Shown: piece after piece, positions 15,556-28,863 of the stretch
How the letters are laid out: every line of letters starts with the position of its first letter
How positions within the stretch are numbered: position 1 is the stretch's first letter
Source of the DNA: Chrysomallon squamiferum
Taxonomy: Eukaryota > Animalia > Mollusca
DNA length: 64,000 bases
Assembly: GCA_012295275.1 (NCBI GenBank)
Contig: CM022679.1
Location: 3,286,001 to 3,350,000 of the forward strand
Reading direction: 5' to 3'
Position numbers and translations under genes: made by a program
Notes under the pieces: generated by a model
Told to the model about the DNA's origin: nothing
The model's database searches: none
The model's input: the letters and a program-made list of their open reading frames with translations, nothing else

Positions 15556-16655
15556 TCAAAGTACAGAACATTAACATACTTGTAACCAGGGTTCACTTAC
15601 TAATCAACACAACTCGTCAGCTGAGTCAGCGATACACACCTGTATCGATTGATCGCTAATGCCAATTCCACGTCATGAGTTTCCTTCGCGTATACACAGC
15701 GACAAAAGAAACGCAACGGTCTGTTTTGTTCGTCAGCACGAACGCCCGAGTCTCGTGTACTGTGCTGAGAGAAAGGCCTGCAGAAAATCCTTTCTAATTA
15801 ACGTCGTAGTGTATTTACCTGTTTCAAATCAGTTTCTAGGTAAATTTGTTTTTCTCTGTGGTTTGTTTGTAAAAGAAAAAAAAATCTCTGAGATGATCAT
15901 TACTTCAAAAGTGAATGTGTCAATAATAAAAAAAATGTATTTAATGTCATCAGATACAGAAATGCAAACAGAAACTGCTGAGCAAAGTAGATGTAGCAAC
16001 AGCGATAAAATAGGCAAATAGTTAGAACACCTCTGTTAACGGTAACCTTTACAAACACATTTATACAAACATACACATACATAATATACTACATACGTAC
16101 ATACACACATACACACACACAAATAGAAACATACACACATACATACATACATACATAAATAGATACAAAAATAGATGCATCCATCCATCAATACATATAC
16201 AGATACATCCATACACCTATATTTTCAAATATAAATCCACATACCTCCACACACGCACACACAAACGTAATTATACGCACACAAACAAATACTATTAATT
16301 TGAAAAATCATTTGAAGTTTAAAACAAAGTAAATAAACCTGAGTGGTTTTTCCACAGCCAAATACTGACCTTTTATTAATAAATATGTGTTCTGCTAGAC
16401 AAGGGCACGCGATGGTTTAGCTGTTGACTTGACAAACAGAATACTAAATAGCAGAACAAAGAGACCGCTGTTGTAACAAGTCAAGATGGCCGAGTGTAGC
16501 GCATTGTGGTCAGTCAAGGTAAACAGTGAGGTTCACAGAGTTAAAAAAAAAAAAATAATAAAAATAATAAAGCAAGAAAAAAGGACGAGTCAAGCAACAC
16601 AAACTTATTTTGTTTTACGTAAGTCAAAAAGAAAATAGATGTCACACATTGTGAT

Positions 16656-16751
<96 letters not shown>

Positions 16752-17547
16752 TTATTAACCATGGTATGAGTAACAGAAGTAGCAATAGTAGCATTGTTGC
16801 TGTCAGGATACGTCAATAGATGTAGGTGTATATCATCCATTCATTAACTCATAAAAAAACAAAGATTTAATTTGCGCAGCACATTGTCATCTATTAACAT
16901 ACTGTAACCATAATTAAACACGTTATTGGTATAATTATTTAATACAAAAATATACCCTTGCCTCTTCCGCGTTTGATGAATTTTCACTAACTCATAATAG
17001 TGATCAACAGAGGAAGTCACGTTTTGGGTTATCAGTGATCTGGAATTCTCGGGTTTAAGTTTAAATGGGTGTGTTAAAGGAAACCCCCAGAGGAATACTC
17101 GACGATTTTCTTTCAGACTACAATACAAAGATTTTAAATAATTTAACGTCTGTGATGTTAACCATTGTGACTGACTGCTGCCAGGCACAATACATATATT
17201 TTCCGTAGCTACGTAATTCTTAGCCAGTGTAAATCTTGACATAGCTTCATAGATGACCAATTGTGTATTAAAATAGCCGTAGAATTTTCCTTCAACAATT
17301 TGAGAAAAATCGCTAACTTCGCATAAAAACTAACTTGAAAACGGTATTGTGAAAGTTCAAATATTTTTTGTTTGTTTGTTGTTACTGTACTCTTCTGTTG
17401 CTTTTGTCTTTCATTTCTTTTACCATTGGTTAATACTGTGTATCATAATTTTAATTTTGCGGCTGTTTATTTATTTATTTATTTATTTATTTATATGTAA
17501 TTATCTGAACACCTTTACATGTAAATTGACATGTAAAAAAAGATCTT

Positions 17548-17591
<44 letters not shown>

Positions 17592-17754
17592 GAAAAATAA
17601 CGGAGAAGAAGAAGAAGAAGAAGAAGAAGAAGAAAAAGAAGAAATGGTTCATAACCTATGTTTTAAAAGTTGTCTATACTTACTTATGTTTGCTTCATCT
17701 CAGTTATTGGACACATTCTTATGAAATCATACAATTGTAAAATACTACGTTACT

Positions 17755-18046
17755 ATTATTATTATTATTATTATTTGAATATGTACATTATGAGTCAAGT
17801 GAATATTTTATTTGACTTATGGAACTAATTGTAAAGAGGTAATAGTAAAAAACACACAACATTTTGAAGAAGTAAAGTGAAGATGTTTTTTAATTAAAGT
17901 TTTACGACTTTTATCTGAATTTTGTGATATGTTTAATTTTACTTGGACATTTTATTTTCGCATGCGTGCATGTATGTATCATGATATGTCTGTTAAAAGA
18001 GTTATTTCCCCTTACAGTGTTGTTATAATTATTATTGTTGTTGTTG

Positions 18047-18082
<36 letters not shown>

Positions 18083-18381
18083 ATCTGATTGTTTCTTCTT
18101 TTATGTTTTTCTTTATGTTTTGTCTTTATTATTTCATTATCTTAAATTTAATTTATTTTTTCTTAACTTAATTTTATTTCGTTGCTTTTGTACCTTAGGT
18201 GAACAGTCCCCCAGAAACACATTTTCAAGTATGAGTTCCCGTATTAGCCACTCTGAGGTGGGGGTATCATCACTCACCAGGTGACTCACTGTTGCTGCAT
18301 TTAAGGTACAAATTAAAAAAAAATAATGGTGAGCAATTATTAAAAAAAAAAAAAAAAAAAAATAAAATAAAATAAAATAAA

Positions 18382-18414
<33 letters not shown>

Positions 18415-18793
18415 ATAATAATAATAATAAAAAAAAAAAAAAAAAAAAAAAAGATTAAAGATTTATAAAGAAGATGTTTGTATGCAGGAAACTGGCGGTG
18501 GGATCTTCCATCTCTTGACTCTTCTTTCTTCTTGGCCTTTCTCCTGTGAAGGGTGTATTCGTGTTGTATGCATGACGCAGAAGAAGAAGAAGTAGAAGAA
18601 AATTATTATAAAATTAAAAACATTATTTAGAAAAAGAAAAGTAAAAATTTTAAAAAATAAAAGAAATTAGAAAAAAATTAAAATAATAAGTAAATAAATA
18701 AATATGTAAGTATGTAAATAAATAAATAAGATGAAAATCAAAATTAAATACTATTACTACTATTACTACTACTAATAATAAATGAAAATATAA

Positions 18794-18831
<38 letters not shown>

Positions 18832-19014
18832 GAAGACAATAAAAAGAAAATAAGAAAAAAGAGGACAGTAAAAGATGTGTGAAGAAGATGTTTGTACGCA
18901 GGAAAATGGCAGTGGGATCTTCCATTTCTTTACTTTTCTTTCTTCTTCTTGGTCTTCTTTCTTCCATGTAGGGGGCGTTTTCGTGTTGTATGCATGAAAC
19001 AAAAAAAAAAAAAA

Positions 19015-19052
<38 letters not shown>

Positions 19053-20930
19053 ATAATAAATTTAAAAAAGAATTTTGAAGCCTCGGCCGAAATAATAATA
19101 ATAATAAAAAAAAAAAAAAAAAAAAATAATAATAATAATAAAAAAATAAAAAATTTAGAAGCAGATTTAGACGGTTCGCCAAAATAATGAAGATCGGAAT
19201 CTAGAGTTTCAGAAACCTCTATGCCGAATTTGATGAAAATTCCTGAATAGCAATTTCAAAATTTAATTTCCGATCGAGAACCTCTTGAACGTTAATTTTT
19301 TTTTCTAAAAGTCACAATTGGTTGTCGCTAACAACGTTATTTATAAAGGCTGCAAAGCGGACGTGACGGAGAACACCAGAGACACGTGACGTCAACTGGT
19401 CAAAATGACAGTAGCCTGTGTTTCTTTTGACTGAAAATAAATTCAGTTAAAATTTGTTATAAATATTTTGTTTGAAATGCCGATTAAAATATTTTGCAAG
19501 CAACTTCTAGTTTCAGTCTGTAACTTTAATACATTAGTAAATCTGGTGTGTAATGTACAGTGCCATAAATTTAAATTATCGACATCAGTTTTTACGATGA
19601 ATATCACGTGTAATTATCTTTGTGGGGTAATTTGTATTTCAGTATTTTTATATTTGTAATGGAATCTTATTACAATAAACCAGGTGTATAATGTATAAGA
19701 AATAATATATCTTTTAAATTCATATTTACAAAACTATATCATTTCTTTATTGGTGGACTTGAACAGATCCATCGAATTGTTCGTCACATTTCGTCGATAT
19801 TCGGTGATTTTACTCGGGAATTTTCGGCCAGCAGATTCGGGTCGTGTCGGACGTACATTTGAAAATGTAATTCAGAGTGAATTTATTCCAATAAAATAAT
19901 GAGTTAGTTTTATTTTATTTCATTTAATTAATTAATTTAATTTTGATAATTAAAAAAATATCTATCGGTGTTTAATTCTTACGACAAAATTAAAAAAATA
20001 CATTAAATAATAATAAAATAACAACAACAACAACAACAACAACAATCTAAAATAAAGAAAGAAAGAAAGAAAGAAAAACCCACCCATTATTATGATTAAT
20101 ATTATTTTGGGAGATAGATGGCTAATGGTCTAAGGGAGGCGACTCTAATCCAATTACTTTAAAAAAAAAAATTTCATCACAAATTATTTCCTTTTTCAGT
20201 GTCTAATAGTAATAATTATATAGACCAATAAAAGTCCTTAATGCTAATCATTCATAAAATATTATTATTATTATTATTATTATTATGAACGATGGTTGAT
20301 GGTCTAAGGAAGACGACTGCAATCTATGAATTATCTCCCTTACACCGTAAAATGAAACGTTCATATATTTGTCAAGTAAAATACCCCTCAAAACAAATAT
20401 ATATATATATTTCTTTATTTTTTATATTTTTAATTTATCATCTAAGATTTAATTATTTATAAATTAATAATGATGATGATAATTATAATCATAATACAGA
20501 AACAATAACAACAATTACGGTTTTTTTGAAACTTTAAGTTACATTGTTAATTATAAAGTTAAGCAAGAATTAAATTATTTGTTTTTAAAAATTATTTTAC
20601 ATAAAAACAATTAATAAATTGATTGTTTATAAAATTTATTTTGGACAATAAACCTGAAAAAAAATGTTTTAAAGTGCAAAAAAAAACAACTGATAATGCT
20701 AGATTACTAAAAATAAAATTAGGCATTAACATTATAAACCATTGTTTTTTCATTTTGTTAAAGTGTGAAAAAAAAAATATTTATTAAAATTAACATGATA
20801 AAAACCTAATAGCAAAAATGTTAAACCTAATAAATTGGAGTATCAAAATTGTAATCAAAACTTGTAAAAAAAAAATATCAGCAAATGATTTGATTATGTT
20901 TGGTGAGTATTTTATGAAGCACAAAACAAA
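17755..20930 (+). repeat. Tandem segmental duplication, copy 1 (paired with 23233-26270; repeat period ~5.4 kb)
   Basis: Collinear near-identical blocks: 17775 tttgaatatgtac / 23250; 18187-18312 / 23653-23778; 19160-19910 / 24600-25350; 20877-20930 / 26219-26270. A diverged match also exists at ~22560-22630 vs ~27200-27270. Confidence 0.9.
19315..19420 (+). promoter_or_regulatory. Promoter-like module (reverse CCAAT, TATA-like box, overlapping E-box/CRE); duplicated at 24763-24865
   Basis: ATTGG at 19317, TTTATAAA at 19340, ACGTGACG at ~19361, CACGTG 19383-19388 overlapping TGACGTCA 19387-19394, all in a locally CpG-rich island. Confidence 0.45.
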
Positions 20931-21834
20931 ACAAATGTTCTTGGAGAAACATTTTGACCAGTAAATCTCCAATAAAAACCTAAAAATATAATTTGCATTT
21001 TAAGCATTAATATTTGGCACAATAGTGGAATGTGTATATATAACAAACAGTTTTATATATAAACACTATTTCAGTAATGGTATAGATTATATGGAGACTT
21101 TTTAACATATAAAGAATTTATAATAAAACATAACAAAACTTCACATTTCTTTGAATATACTTCATTAATAAAAGTCATTAAAAATGTTATACAAAATTTA
21201 CATTATTTAAATGATGATATCTTTATGAGTCTTCATAGCCCTGCTTTTCCTTTCAAACAGAATATCTTAGTCAAAAATGTGTAAGCTGTAAAATTCTCAA
21301 GCAGTTATTCCAAAAGTACAAGTAGAGCGGCAAATTATGGATCTATTTATGACACTAAACAAGGGGAACAATATTTTCTTATATCATTTTAATCTGTTTA
21401 AGTTTCATCTCTATCTTGGTTTCAGTACAAAATCTAGCATAGAATTTTAACTACAAACACATTTTTACATTTTATTCATTTAATTAATAGCAATATATGT
21501 AGGTTTTGTAATAACATCTTTGAAACAATTTATCAGTAATTTTTGAACTTTATGTTATTTGTCATTTATTGGTTAAAATACATACATGAATATTAAAAAA
21601 TACGGAAATTATATCACTTTTAGCAAAAATGTTGTTATTGTTGGCATGACAAATAATGAGACCATTAATATAAAACTTTATTTACTGTATTAAAAAAAGT
21701 TCATATTAATAATCATAAAAATACTTTAAGAAAGACATTTGAAATTGAAAAATAAACGGCAATCATGAAAAGTTGAAGAACAAATGAAAGTCATGGCCCA
21801 TTCTTTTTTCTTTTCTTAAATTATCTACCTTTAG

Positions 21835-21876
<42 letters not shown>

Positions 21877-22171
21877 TGGCAAAAGAAAGTGAAAATATAA
21901 GACTTCTACTTATTTTTGTTTCATATCTACTTCTCAATTAGAATACCACATTATCTTTCAGTATGGCTGATTTACCAGCACAATCTCAGTTTCATAAACC
22001 AAAAAACTCTGTCACATCCATCATAAATGTTGCAACCAAACAACAGTGTTCATTTTATTTTAAATTTTCTTCTCTTAATGAATTCTCTCCTCAACTTCTG
22101 TACATAATAAACTAGAATTTATTGTAATTAATTTTAAAATTGCAGTAAATTAAATGAATGAATGCATGAAA

Positions 22172-22226
<55 letters not shown>

Positions 22227-22348
22227 GTAAATAAATAGGCAAACAGAAATAAAACCAAAAGCTTAAGTTATAAAAAAGTAATAATAATTTAAGAAAAAAC
22301 AATAATAAAATAAATATTATAATATTAAAAAAAAAAAAAAAAAAAATG

Positions 22349-22389
<41 letters not shown>

Positions 22390-23232
22390 TTTAATATTAA
22401 TTAAATATAACAAGGGATCTTTCTGAGAATTCAAAATACATATATCACAGTGTTAGTCTGAGAATTGATCATGTAATACATGAGTGTTGATATTCATATA
22501 CAACAATTAAATACATACAAATAGTTGTTATTCATATACCTGAATATCACACATTTATATTTATTCTGTTGTATTTCAGCTGTCATTTTTGTCCATTCTA
22601 GTGTACAGAAATCATTTCTTCACGTTTTACATATGTATTATATTTTATTATTGTTATTAATTTTCTTGTTTAGTAATAATAATATTCTAATTAATAAAAG
22701 AAGTAAAAAAAGATGATTGTTGTTATTAAAAATGATTACTTCTGTTATAACATAATTATTGTCTAGAGAATAATCCTGATGATTTCATGTAATTAATTAC
22801 TGTGGGGGTCTTATATTAAAATTAACAAAGTTAAAGACAGAAAGAAAGGAAAAGCAAGTGACGAAAATTATTTACAAGGTAGATATTTAGTGGTCTAAGG
22901 CAGATCACTCTGATCTAGATCCATGTTGTTTTTCCCTTTACACTACAAAGCGAAACGTCCGTAGTTTTAATAAATATTTAATATTACGTGATACATGTTT
23001 AATGGTCTAAGGGGGATGACTCTGATCTCTTTAGATTGTTTATCATGAATTATATCCCTTACACCATAAAGTGAAACGCTCGTACAATTTGTCATTTTCT
23101 TTACTAATTTAAGCTACTAGATTAGATTTCTTTTATATTTCATTCTTCGTTATTAAATATTTTATTTATTTATTTTTCTTGTCTTTTTAGCTTCTATTAC
23201 TTTTGTTATTTTCATTTTTTTAAATAATTACT

Positions 23233-23803
23233 TATTATTATTATTATTATTTGAATATGTACTTTACTAGTCAGGTGAATATTTTATTTGAATTATGGAA
23301 CTAATTGTAAAGAGGTAATTAAACAACATTTGGAAATAAAGTGAAGATGTTTTTTAATTAAAGTTTTACGACTTTTATCTGAATTTTGAAATGTTTAATT
23401 TTGTTTGGACATTTTATTTGCGCCTGCGTGCATGTATGTGTCATGATATGTCTTTGTTAAAAGACTTATTTCACCTTATTGTGTTGTTTATATTGTTATT
23501 ATAATTATGATTATTATTATTATTATTATTATTATCTGACTTTTTTTTTTTTTTTTTTAATGTTTTTCTTTATGTTTTATCTTTATTATTTTATTATCTT
23601 AAATTTAATTTAATTTAATTATTTTAATTTAATTTAATTTTATTTCGTTGCTTTTGTACCTTAGGTGAACAGTCCCCCAGAAACACATTTTCAAGTATGA
23701 GTTCCTGTATTAGCCACTCTGAGGTGGGGGTATCATCACTCACCAGGTGACTCACTGTTGCTGCTTTTAAGGTACAAATTATAAAAAAATAATGGTGAGC
23801 AAT

Positions 23804-23838
<35 letters not shown>

Positions 23839-24161
23839 ACACACACACAAAAAAAAAAAAAAAAATTTATAAAGATGTTTGTATGCAGGAAAATGGCAGT
23901 GGGATCTTCCATCTCTTGACTCTTCTTTCTTCTTGGCCTTTCTTCTGTGTAGAGTGTATTAGTGTTGTATGCATGATGCAGAAGAACAGAAAATTATTAA
24001 AAAATTTAAAACATAAATTAGAAAACAAAAAGTAAAAATATAAAAAATAAAAAAAATAAAAAAAAAAAAAAAAAAAAAAAAAATAAATAAACAAAAAATA
24101 AAAAAGATGAAAATCAAAAATAAATAAATAAAAAAAAATGAAAATAAAAATGACAATCTAA

Positions 24162-24225
<64 letters not shown>

Positions 24226-24509
24226 GAAAATATAAATTAATAATAATAATAGTAATAATAATAAAAGAAGACAATAAAAAGAAAATAGGAAAAAAGAGGA
24301 CAGTAAAAGATGTTTGAAGAAGATGTTTGTATGCAGGAAAATGGCAGTGGGATCTTCCATCTCTTGACTCTTTTTTCTTCTTCTTGGTCTTCTTTCTTCC
24401 ATGTAGGACGTATTCATGTTGTATGCATGATGCCAAAAAAAAATAAAAATAATAAAAAAAAAATAATAATAATAATAATAAAAAAAAAATTAATAAAAAA
24501 TAAAGACAG

Positions 24510-24541
<32 letters not shown>

Positions 24542-25572
24542 AAAAAGAATTTTAAAGCCTCGGCCGAAATAATAATAATAAAAAAAGATAAAAAAAATTT
24601 AGAAGCAGATTTAGACGGTTCGCCAAAATAATGAAGATCGGAATCTATATTTTCAGAAACCTCAATGCCGAATTTGATGCAAATACCTGAATAGTAATTT
24701 CAAAATTTAATTTCCGATCGAGAACCTGTTGAACGTTAATTTTTTTTTTTCTAAAAGTCACAATTGGTTGTCGCTGACGACGTTATTTATAAAGGCTGCA
24801 AAGCGGACGTGACGGAGAACACCAGAGACACGTGACGTCAACTGGTCAAAATGACAGTAGCCTGTGTTTCTTTTGACTGAAAATAAATTCAGTTAAAATT
24901 TGTTATAAATATTTTGTTTGAAATGCTGATTAAAATATTTTGCAAGGAACTTCTAGTTTCAGTCTGTAACTTTAATACATTAGTAAATCTGGTGTGTAAT
25001 GTACAGTGCCATAAATTTAAAGTATCGACATCAGTTTTTACGATGAATATCACGTGTAATTATTTTTCTGGTGTCATTTATATTTCAATATTTTTATATT
25101 TGTAGTGGAATCGTATTACTAAAAACAGGTGCATAATGTATAAGAAATAAAATTTCTTTTAAATTCATATTTACAAAACTATATTATTTCTTTATTGGTT
25201 GACTTGAACAGCTCCATCGAATTGTTCGTCACATTTCGTCGACACTCGGTGATTTTACTCGGGAATTTTCGGTCAGCAGATTCGGATCTTGTCGGACGTA
25301 CATTTGAAAATGTAATTCAGAGTGAATTTATTCCAATAAAATAACGAGTTAGTTTTATTTTATTTTATTTTATTTTATTTTATTTTATTTATTTATTTAT
25401 TTATGATAATTAAAAATATATGTATTGGTGTTTTAATTCTTACAACAAAATTAAAGACAAAAACAATTTTATTTGTTTTTTATTTTAATTAATAATAATA
25501 ATAATAATAGTAGTATAATTAATAATACAAGAATAATAATAGTAAAGATGGTAAAAAAAAAAAAAACCCCAG

Positions 25573-25608
<36 letters not shown>

Positions 25609-25828
25609 CAAAGAAAGAAAGAAAGAAAGAAACAAAATACCACCCGTTATTTTGATTAATATTATTTAGGAGAGAGATGGCTAATGGTCTAGGGGAGGCG
25701 ACTCTAACGCAATTATAAAAAAAAAAAAAATGTTTATCATTAATTATTTCCTTTAATATATTTAATAGTAATAAATATATAAACCAATAATAATTCGTAA
25801 TGCTAATCATTCATAAAAAACTATCATC

Positions 25829-25879
<51 letters not shown>

Positions 25880-26270
25880 GTTATTATTATTATTATTATG
25901 AGCGATGGTTGATGGTCTAAGGGAGACGACTGTAATCTATGAATTATCTCCCTTACACCGTAAAGCGAAAAGTTCATATATTTGTCAAGTGAAAAAACAA
26001 CAAAAACAAACAAATAATAAGCCATTAATAAATAATTTGTTTTTTTAAAATTTATTTTGCAGAATAAACCTCAAAAATTAAAATGTTAACAAATGATGCT
26101 AGATTACTAAAATGGAGGCATTAACGTGATAAACATTTTCAGTTTTGTTACAGTGTTAGAAAAATATTGTAATTAAACCTAATAAATGGACAATTGTAAT
26201 CAAAATCTGTAACAAAAATATCAGCAAATGATTTGATTATGTTTGGTGAGTATTTTATGAAGCACAAAAC
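23233..26270 (+). repeat. Tandem segmental duplication, copy 2
   Basis: See copy 1. The ORF-track pairs 19468..19659 / 24914..25105 and 18650..18967 / 24163..24417 reflect the same duplication. Confidence 0.9.
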
Positions 26271-26676
26271 TGAGTTCCTAAATGTTTAAACTACAGTGCA
26301 CACTGCAGTATTGTTATTTTTTTCTTACAGTTCATGGTGCTGGGACTAACATCAGTGAAGCTTCGAAATGCAGTGAAGCATGACATGTGGTGAGATGAAC
26401 CATGACGATGTTGCTTAGGAATTTAATTTTCTTTTCTTTATTTATTCATTATACTGTAATTTCAGGAATTTATTATTTATATATTTTTTTTTTTTTGGTT
26501 TTTTATTTTTTATTTTTAATTATTATTATTATTATTATTATTATGTTTGTTTCATTTTGTTGGTTTATTACACCTTAATTTTTTTTTAAACTTAAATTTT
26601 TGTTTTATTTTTTCACTTGATTGTTGTTTGTTTATTTACAGCATCTTATTTTTAAAAATTCTGTTTTTTTATATAG

Positions 26677-27354
26677 AGAGGTTGAGAAAAGAATTTGCTA
26701 TGAGAAGAAAACTCTTCTTTAGAAAGAAAACTGGAGGTTAAAATGGTGCTGGCAAAACAACCATACTAAACATGATCATATTGGAATCATCAGGAAAAGT
26801 AAATGGATAATTTTCTTAAATATATTTCTAGAATTGTGAAAAATATATTGGTGAATGTGTGTGTCTTGGATGTGAAAAAAGCAACTGAGGATGTTGTGAG
26901 AGAGGAACTCCATTCTTAGCCCAGAGTAATATGTTCATAAAAGTGTCTGTTTAAAGGCACCATCAAAGCACCATGATCAAACTGTATGTGAAATGCTCGA
27001 ATTGCTTACATCACAGTTTTCAGTCACAGTAACAACTGATTGTGATGTATCATGCATTATATCAATAATAACAGAACAGTTAAATATACACAAATAGATA
27101 CTGATATCGTAAATGTATACACACCTATTTTACATATATATACCTTTCATCAGTATGATAATACACAAACTGACACACACATATGTGTATAGATTCTCCA
27201 TATTTTATTCTGTTTTGTAATTCAGGATGCTGTTGTGTAACCCAGTGTATGGGAATCATTTCATACACTTTGTGTCTGAACCCAGCACAAAGCTTTCTGG
27301 GCTGACTTCACATGAAGAATATTTGAAATGTATTCAGCTATTAAAAAATGTCAG
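26677..27354 (+). pseudogene. Decayed ABC transporter (ABCA-like) nucleotide-binding-domain exons
   Basis: 26677-26798 reads RLRKEFAMRRKLFFRKKTGG*NGAGKTTILNMIILESSGK|gt (Walker A NGAGKTT, in-frame TAA at 26739-26741). 27226-27354 reads ..WESFHTLCV*TQHKAFWADFT.. then, across frameshifts, EEYLKC/YSAIK. This resembles the ABCA Q-loop region AFQxLGYCPQHDALWxxLTxxEHLxxYAxIKG. It contains stops and frameshifts. Confidence 0.62.
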
Positions 27355-27534
27355 GTAAACAACACAGGTAAAACATGTTACTAATTAGTGTGTCATTAAC
27401 TAAAATGATGACGAAGAAACAATGGAATTAAAACATATAAACTATTTCAATGCTATATTTTTTAATTTATAATTTGTAATTTAAAAAGTATTACTGTATT
27501 TTTCAGTAAAGAATTGATAAATTTTAAAACAATA

Positions 27535-27576
<42 letters not shown>

Positions 27577-27820
27577 ATCAGTAGCTTAAATAATTCACAA
27601 AGTGTAGAGGAGTAGAGCTTCAGTCAGTCTACACTGGAACAGGTATAATCCTGTACATAGTTTAGTAAGAAAACTCAGTCTACACTTGAACAGGTAAATA
27701 ATTACAATGTCATTATGAACTCTGAAGAGTTTTTTACTGTAATTAAGTGCTACCGTCTGAGAATTAATGATTTGCATGACTGAGTCTCCTTGGTACAATT
27801 CTGTGAGTTTTTTCTCTTAC

Positions 27821-28835
27821 AGTCATCACTCCACCACATCAGGCTGCACTTTGCCTCACTGTACCTGGACAGATGTATATAAAAAAAAAACAAAATCAGT
27901 TCTTGATACTGAATAAGAAAAGTTATTTCATTACACTTAATTTCGTGACAAAGTCATGTGTTGGAAACTTGTAATAAAAATACAGTAATTTATTTATTTT
28001 TGATAATTTTATGCTTTAGCCGCCAAAGTTTGAAAGTAACGAATGTTTGGTGATGGGGATGAAATTGAAGAAGATTAATTAATAAAATGTGTGAAACCAG
28101 TGTGTAAAGCATTCTCTGACCAAACGTTTACATTACTCCACTGTTGACCAGCTGTTTAAACAACCAGGAAATAAAGACCTGTACAACAAACCAAACAAAC
28201 CAACAAGACTAGACTAAAACTGGGAGGTCTAATCAATGATCTGCTACATCGTGCTGTTAAAAATTTAGTTAGCAGTAAAACTTTTCACAGCTGTTAACGT
28301 GTTTAACTCCTTCATGCATTTTATTTTTGTTTTATGTTGTTCTACGTTTCGTTACATAAATTATAGTTGTTTTCATTGTTTATTCTCCACCTATTTCATG
28401 TATATATATTTTTTTTCTTATCTGTTTATGGAATATATTAACCTTTTAATATTTTAGCCGTCTGTTAATATATTTAAAAATTATTTTACCTTTCTCTTTT
28501 TGTTATGTTATTCTATGTAACTCAGCATAGCCCATCATTTTAATGGAAACTGAAATGAAGATTACAAAGTGATGTATTTAAATTTTTTATGCAGGAAAAG
28601 AAAAGAAAAACAAAATGAGAACATTTTTATAATAATGTCACAGGATACAATTTAATATATTGAGTATAAACAATAAACATAACTAAACTTAACAGCTTGA
28701 TAATTAAAAGAAAAAGACAATTTATAATCCGGTACTGTCATGGCTTACTCCCGATTAGTCGAATTCCCAATTTGTCGAAATGCTAAATATGGTTCAGTGG
28801 TCTTACCTGTCTTATAATGAACTGTTCCAGTATAT
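27821..28835 (-). other. Chain of three small exon-like segments of an unidentified gene or pseudogene
   Basis: Minus-strand segments with canonical splice sites: 28835-28807 (ttccag|..CAG|gtaaga), 28178-28132 (gtacag|..AT|gtaaac), 27864-27821 (gtccag|..CT|gtaaga). One joined frame is open: DILEQFIIRQ-VFISWLFKQLVNSGVM-YSEAKCSLMWWSDD. Confidence 0.3.
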
Positions 28836-28863
28836 CTGGAAACCGATTATTATTGTATAGATA

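Noticed and set aside
16480-16520. gtcaagatggccgagtg resembles the 5' end of tRNA-Leu
   Set aside because: No anticodon arm, T-arm/B-box or acceptor-stem complement follows.
16844-17260. 138-aa minus-strand ORF
   Set aside because: No recognisable domain, a non-ATG start and no convincing splice context; compatible with chance.
26742-26775. GAGKTTIL read as an ARF/ARL small GTPase P-loop
   Set aside because: The flanking LRKEF, NMI..SGK and downstream PQH.A.W/Y.AIK-like sequence fit an ABC NBD better, and no WDxGGQ or NKxD was seen.
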